Assembly: GCA_023394655.1 (NCBI GenBank)
Contig: JAEXAG010000154.1
Location: 1-55,187 of the forward strand
Direction: 5' to 3'
Length of the DNA stretch: 55,187 nucleotides
Origin: Pseudomonadota bacterium
GTDB taxonomy: Bacteria > Pseudomonadota > Gammaproteobacteria > Xanthomonadales > Xanthomonadaceae
Every line of letters starts with the position of its first letter. Position 1 is the stretch's first letter. Position numbers and translations under genes: made by a program. Below are positions 50,573-55,187 of the stretch, one piece after another. Under the pieces are notes generated by a model. The model was not told the origin of the DNA, searched no databases, and saw nothing but the letters and a program-made list of their open reading frames with translations.

Positions 50573-52453
50573 TCAGACCGCCAGGGTCTTGAGCTTCTTG
50601 CGGCGGGCGTAAAGCAAGGTGGCCAGCGCGCGGGTGACGGTGAGGGCGGTGAACATCGAGGCGATGATGCCGATGACCAGGGTGACGGCGAAGCCCTTCA
50701 GCGGGCCGCTGCCGAAGGCGTACAGCGCCACGCCGGCGAGGATGCCGGTCACGTTGGCGTCGAAGATCGAGCTGGAGGCCTTGTCGTAGCCCATCGCGAT
50801 CGCCGCCTTGGGCGGCATGCCGGCACGCAGCTCCTCGCGGATGCGCTCGTTGATGAGCACGTTGGCGTCCACCGAAAGGCCGATCGAAAGCGCCAGGCCG
50901 GCGAAGCCCGGCAGGGTCATGGTGGCGCCGAAGATCGAAAGCACGGCGGCCACGATGATCAGGTTGAACAGCAGCGCCACGCAGGTCATCAGCCCGAACA
51001 TGCGGTAATAGATCATGAAGAACAGCAGGGTGAACAGGAAGGCGTAGCCCACGGCAGTCACGCCACGCTCCACGTTCTCCTTGCCGAGACTCGGGCCGAC
51101 GACGCTTTCGGCCACGAAATCCATCGGTGCCGCGAGCGCACCGGACTTCAGCTGCTTGGCCAGGTCCTGGGCTTCCTGCTGCGACAGGCCGGTGGTCTGG
51201 AAATCCTTGCCGAACACGCCCTGGATGGTGGAGGCACTGATCACCCGCTCCTCGACGCGGGAGGTCTGGACTTCCTCGCCGTTGACCATGGTCACGGTCG
51301 GGACGCGCTCGATGTAGACGACGCCCAGGCGCTGGCCGACGTGGTCGATGGTGTGGTCGAGCATGCGCTTGCCGCCGGCGGCGTTGAGCGTGATCGAAAC
51401 CGAGGGCGAGCCGGTGCGCTGGTCGGTGGTGGGCACCGCCGAGATCAGCTCGTCGCCGGAAACCAGCACGCGCTTGGAAAGCAGGATCGGCGCCCCGCTC
51501 TGCTGGCGGTACAGCTTGGAATCCGGCGGCACCTGGCCACTCGCTTCGGCCGCGGCCGCGGTCTGCTCGTCGCCGGTCACGGCACGGAACTCGAGGGTCG
51601 CGGTGGCGCCGATCTGGCGCTTGGCCTCGGCGGTGTCCTGCAGGCCGGGCAGCTGGATCACCAGGCGGTCTGCGCCCTGGCGTTGCAGCACCGGCTCGGA
51701 CACGCCGAGCGCGTTGATGCGGTCCGCGATCACGGTGCGGTTCTGGTCGACCGCTTCCAGCGCGATCTTGTTGATCTCGCTATCGGCCAGTCGCGCGACC
51801 AGCGTGGAGGCACCCTGGGTGGACCAGCCGATGGCCGGGCCACCGGTCACCGGGTTGCCCAGCGCATCATCGAGCGCTTTCTGGGCATCGGCGGTGGCAA
51901 CGCCCGGCTCCAGGTTGACCACGATGCTGTTGTCCGGGCGATGATCCACGGAACGATAGCGGATGCGGGCATCACGCATCGCCACGCGCATGTTGTCGGC
52001 GTAGGCCTCCAGACGCTTGTCCAGCGCGGCTTTCTGGTCGACCTGCATCAGGAAGTGGACGCCACCCTGCAGGTCGAGGCCCAGCGACATCGGCTTGGCA
52101 GCCAAGGCTTCGAGCCAGCCCGGCACCGAGGACAGCAGGTTGAGCGCGACCGCGTATTCCTGACCCAGCGCCTGGCGGATGGCGGCCTGCGCCTCGGCCT
52201 GCTCCTCGTTGGAGGCCAGGCGCACGGCGAGCGTGCCTTCGCGCGGCTCCTCGACGGCCTTGGGCTGGATGCCGGCCGACAGCAGCGCACCGTTCACCTG
52301 CTGGCGCACGGCGGCCAGGTCTGTGAGGGTGCCGCGCGCGGCGGTCACCTGCACCGAAGGATCCTTCGGGTACAGGTTGGGAAGGGCGTAGATCGTGCTG
52401 ATGACCAGCACGGCCAGGATCAGGAAATATTTCCAGCGCGGAAACTCAAGCAT
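50573..52453 (-). CDS. secD: Protein translocase subunit SecD
   Basis: LGLDLQGGVHF, RINALGVSEP, VGPSLG and VDANVLINERIREE. Confidence 0.97.
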   Translation of the reverse strand: MLEFPRWKYFLILAVLVISTIYALPNLYPKDPSVQVTAARGTLTDLAAVRQQVNGALLSAGIQPKAVEEPREGTLAVRLASNEEQAEAQAAIRQALGQEYAVALNLLSSVPGWLEALAAKPMSLGLDLQGGVHFLMQVDQKAALDKRLEAYADNMRVAMRDARIRYRSVDHRPDNSIVVNLEPGVATADAQKALDDALGNPVTGGPAIGWSTQGASTLVARLADSEINKIALEAVDQNRTVIADRINALGVSEPVLQRQGADRLVIQLPGLQDTAEAKRQIGATATLEFRAVTGDEQTAAAAEASGQVPPDSKLYRQQSGAPILLSKRVLVSGDELISAVPTTDQRTGSPSVSITLNAAGGKRMLDHTIDHVGQRLGVVYIERVPTVTMVNGEEVQTSRVEERVISASTIQGVFGKDFQTTGLSQQEAQDLAKQLKSGALAAPMDFVAESVVGPSLGKENVERGVTAVGYAFLFTLLFFMIYYRMFGLMTCVALLFNLIIVAAVLSIFGATMTLPGFAGLALSIGLSVDANVLINERIREELRAGMPPKAAIAMGYDKASSSIFDANVTGILAGVALYAFGSGPLKGFAVTLVIGIIASMFTALTVTRALATLLYARRKKLKTLAV

Positions 52454-52501
52454 GGCGTTTACCCGCGCCACCCGAGAGCGGCGCGCCAGGGTGGACGGGA
52501 A

Positions 52502-52846
52502 TCAGGCGGCCTTCAGCGAGCCCTTGGGCAGCACGTTGGTGACAGCGGATTTCTGCACGCGCACGCGCACGTTGTCGGCGATCTCGATGGTGACGAAGTT
52601 GTCGCCGATGTCGGTGACGGTGCCGGCGATGCCGCCGTTGGTGATCACCTCGTCGCCGCGGTTGAGCGCGCCGAGCATGGCGCGGTGTTCCTTGGCGCGC
52701 TTCATCTGCGGGCGGATCATCAGGAAGTACATGATGGCGACCAGCGCCAGCGGCATCATCAGCCCGAACATCGGGTTGGGAGCCGCGGCAGGGGCGCCGG
52801 CGGCCTGTGCGTAGGCGGCGGGGATCAGGAAATCGAGCAGGTTCAT
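52502..52846 (-). CDS. yajC: Preprotein translocase subunit YajC
   Basis: YFLMIRPQMKR...GDEVITNGGIAG. Confidence 0.96.
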   Translation of the reverse strand: MNLLDFLIPAAYAQAAGAPAAAPNPMFGLMMPLALVAIMYFLMIRPQMKRAKEHRAMLGALNRGDEVITNGGIAGTVTDIGDNFVTIEIADNVRVRVQKSAVTNVLPKGSLKAA

Positions 52847-52906
52847 CGGGGATTCCGGGCGAAAGGCGAACGGTGGATTATGCCATGCGGGCGGAGGCCC
52901 CCGGAT

Positions 52907-54103
<1,197 letters not shown>

Positions 54104-54916
54104 TCAGCCGCCGGTGAACATCGCCCGGTATTTCGGCGCCAGATGCGCGCGGAACACGCCGACCGGCACGTCCACCGCCTGGGTGCCATCCGAATACGGC
54201 CCGACCTGGTAGGGCGGGAACACGAAGCGCAGGCCGAACCAGCGCCCGTCCGCCGCCGGGATCGGCTCGAACTGGGCGAAATTACCGGCGTCCGGGCCTG
54301 TGCCCTCGTCGATCATCCCGCCGGTGGTGCGGATGACCTCGGCGCGCTCGGCATCGGAAAGCTGGTCTTCGGCAAGCCGCGCCAGCACCTGCTCGCGCAA
54401 CTGGCTGCGGACATGGGCGGATATCGCTTCCCAGCCCTCGCGGTCGGGGATCAGATCCTGCGGCGCCAGCAGCCTGTCTTCCTGCGGCAGGTAGTTGAAC
54501 CGCGCGATCAGCGGGATGCCGTGCGCGCCACCGGTGTAGAGGCTGCCTTCGGCGGCAATCGCCACCACTTCCGGACGGTTCAGCAGTTCCGTGAAGTTGA
54601 GGCTGAGATCATAGGGGCCGTGCAGGTGGCCACCCTCGCCCGCCAGCTTCACCGCCTCGTCCAGATCCGCGCGTGCCTTGGCGGCGTAGCCGCGCAGCGC
54701 ATCAGCAAGCCGCGGGTGTGCGTTGGCCACTTCCGGGTAGGCAATGCCGACGAGATATTGCGGGGTGCGCTCGATGACGTCCTTGAGCGGCTCGCGCGAA
54801 CTGGCCGGGCCGGCATCCGTTGCCACCGGGGCATCGACGGCGGGCACCGCGGGCTCCGGATTCTGTCCACAGGCCACGAGGGCCAAACCAAGGGAAACGA
54901 TCACGATCCGACGCAT
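54104..54916 (-). CDS. DUF3298/DUF4163 (RsiV-like) lipoprotein
   Basis: Lipobox LVAC, YTGGAHG and FVFPPYQVGPYSDG. Confidence 0.8.
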   Translation of the reverse strand: MRRIVIVSLGLALVACGQNPEPAVPAVDAPVATDAGPASSREPLKDVIERTPQYLVGIAYPEVANAHPRLADALRGYAAKARADLDEAVKLAGEGGHLHGPYDLSLNFTELLNRPEVVAIAAEGSLYTGGAHGIPLIARFNYLPQEDRLLAPQDLIPDREGWEAISAHVRSQLREQVLARLAEDQLSDAERAEVIRTTGGMIDEGTGPDAGNFAQFEPIPAADGRWFGLRFVFPPYQVGPYSDGTQAVDVPVGVFRAHLAPKYRAMFTGG

Positions 54917-55021
54917 AGCACTGCCTGGTCCCTGCCGAGGGAAAGAAACATGACGACACTCTAAGGGCATCGCCGTGAGGCGCGGGTCACGGCCGGATGA
55001 CCTGCGAGCACGCCGCTCCGG

Positions 55022-55051
55022 AAAAAAGAAACCCGGCCGGAGCCGGGTTTC
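55022..55051 (-). terminator. Intrinsic terminator after the cold-shock gene
   Basis: Minus strand reads GAAACCCGGC-tccg-GCCGGGTTTC-TTTTTT. Confidence 0.85.
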
Positions 55052-55073
55052 GGGTTTGCGCGAAGGCGGACGC

Positions 55074-55187
55074 TTACAGCGCCTGCACCTCGTCGGCCTG
55101 CAGGCCCTTCTGGCCCTGCACGACCTTGAACGTCACCTGCTGGCCTTCCTGCAGCGACTTGAAGCCGTTGCCCTGGATGGAGCGGAA
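55074..55187 (-). CDS. Cold-shock protein, CspA family (3' part only)
   Basis: Manual translation gives [37 protein letters not shown]. Confidence 0.92.
   Translation of the reverse strand, partial: FRSIQGNGFKSLQEGQQVTFKVVQGQKGLQADEVQAL

Noticed and set aside
52454..52906. Search for a SecM/RAPP-type arrest peptide around yajC-secDF
   Set aside because: No suitable upstream ORF or RAPP/RAGP motif in the tgt-yajC or yajC-secD gaps.

Overview
High-GC bacterial chromosome segment. Gene content and order suggest Xanthomonadales/Lysobacteraceae (inferred, not searched). It is almost entirely core genome, with about 54 CDS in this order: rimO (partial), dienelactone hydrolase, HIT, dcd, apbC; S9 peptidase, TonB-dependent receptor, DUF2147; metG, stand-alone rnfB; TraB/GumN, mutL, amiC, tsaE, nnr; queG; frr-uppS-cdsA-dxr-rseP-bamA-lpxD-fabZ-lpxA-lpxB-rnhB; M23 peptidase, chromate transporter, two hypotheticals; SET-domain protein; Rrf2-sufB-DUF3703-sufC-sufD-sufS-GNAT-Rieske; ODP-like di-iron protein divergent from a Fur-boxed siderophore receptor; ATL; CNNM/CorC transporter, exoD; a truncated EAL remnant; trmJ, suhB; secF, secD, yajC, tgt; an RsiV-like lipoprotein; and a partial cold-shock gene. 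I found no rRNA, tRNA, CRISPR, integrase or transposase. The most interesting signals are below the ORF-track size cut-off. (1) An MgtL-like Pro-rich leader ORF (MDPDPKPPSRPP...) with a hairpin that covers part of the Shine-Dalgarno (SD) of the CNNM/CorC transporter. (2) Four unannotated 'bridge' mini-ORFs that run from the stop of one operon gene to the start of the next (frr-uppS, dxr-rseP, rseP-bamA, sufS-GNAT). (3) Repeated -10/6-nt/ATG leaderless starts, including two back-to-back bidirectional promoters with identical geometry. All calls come from reading the sequence and motifs by eye; no database searches were run.
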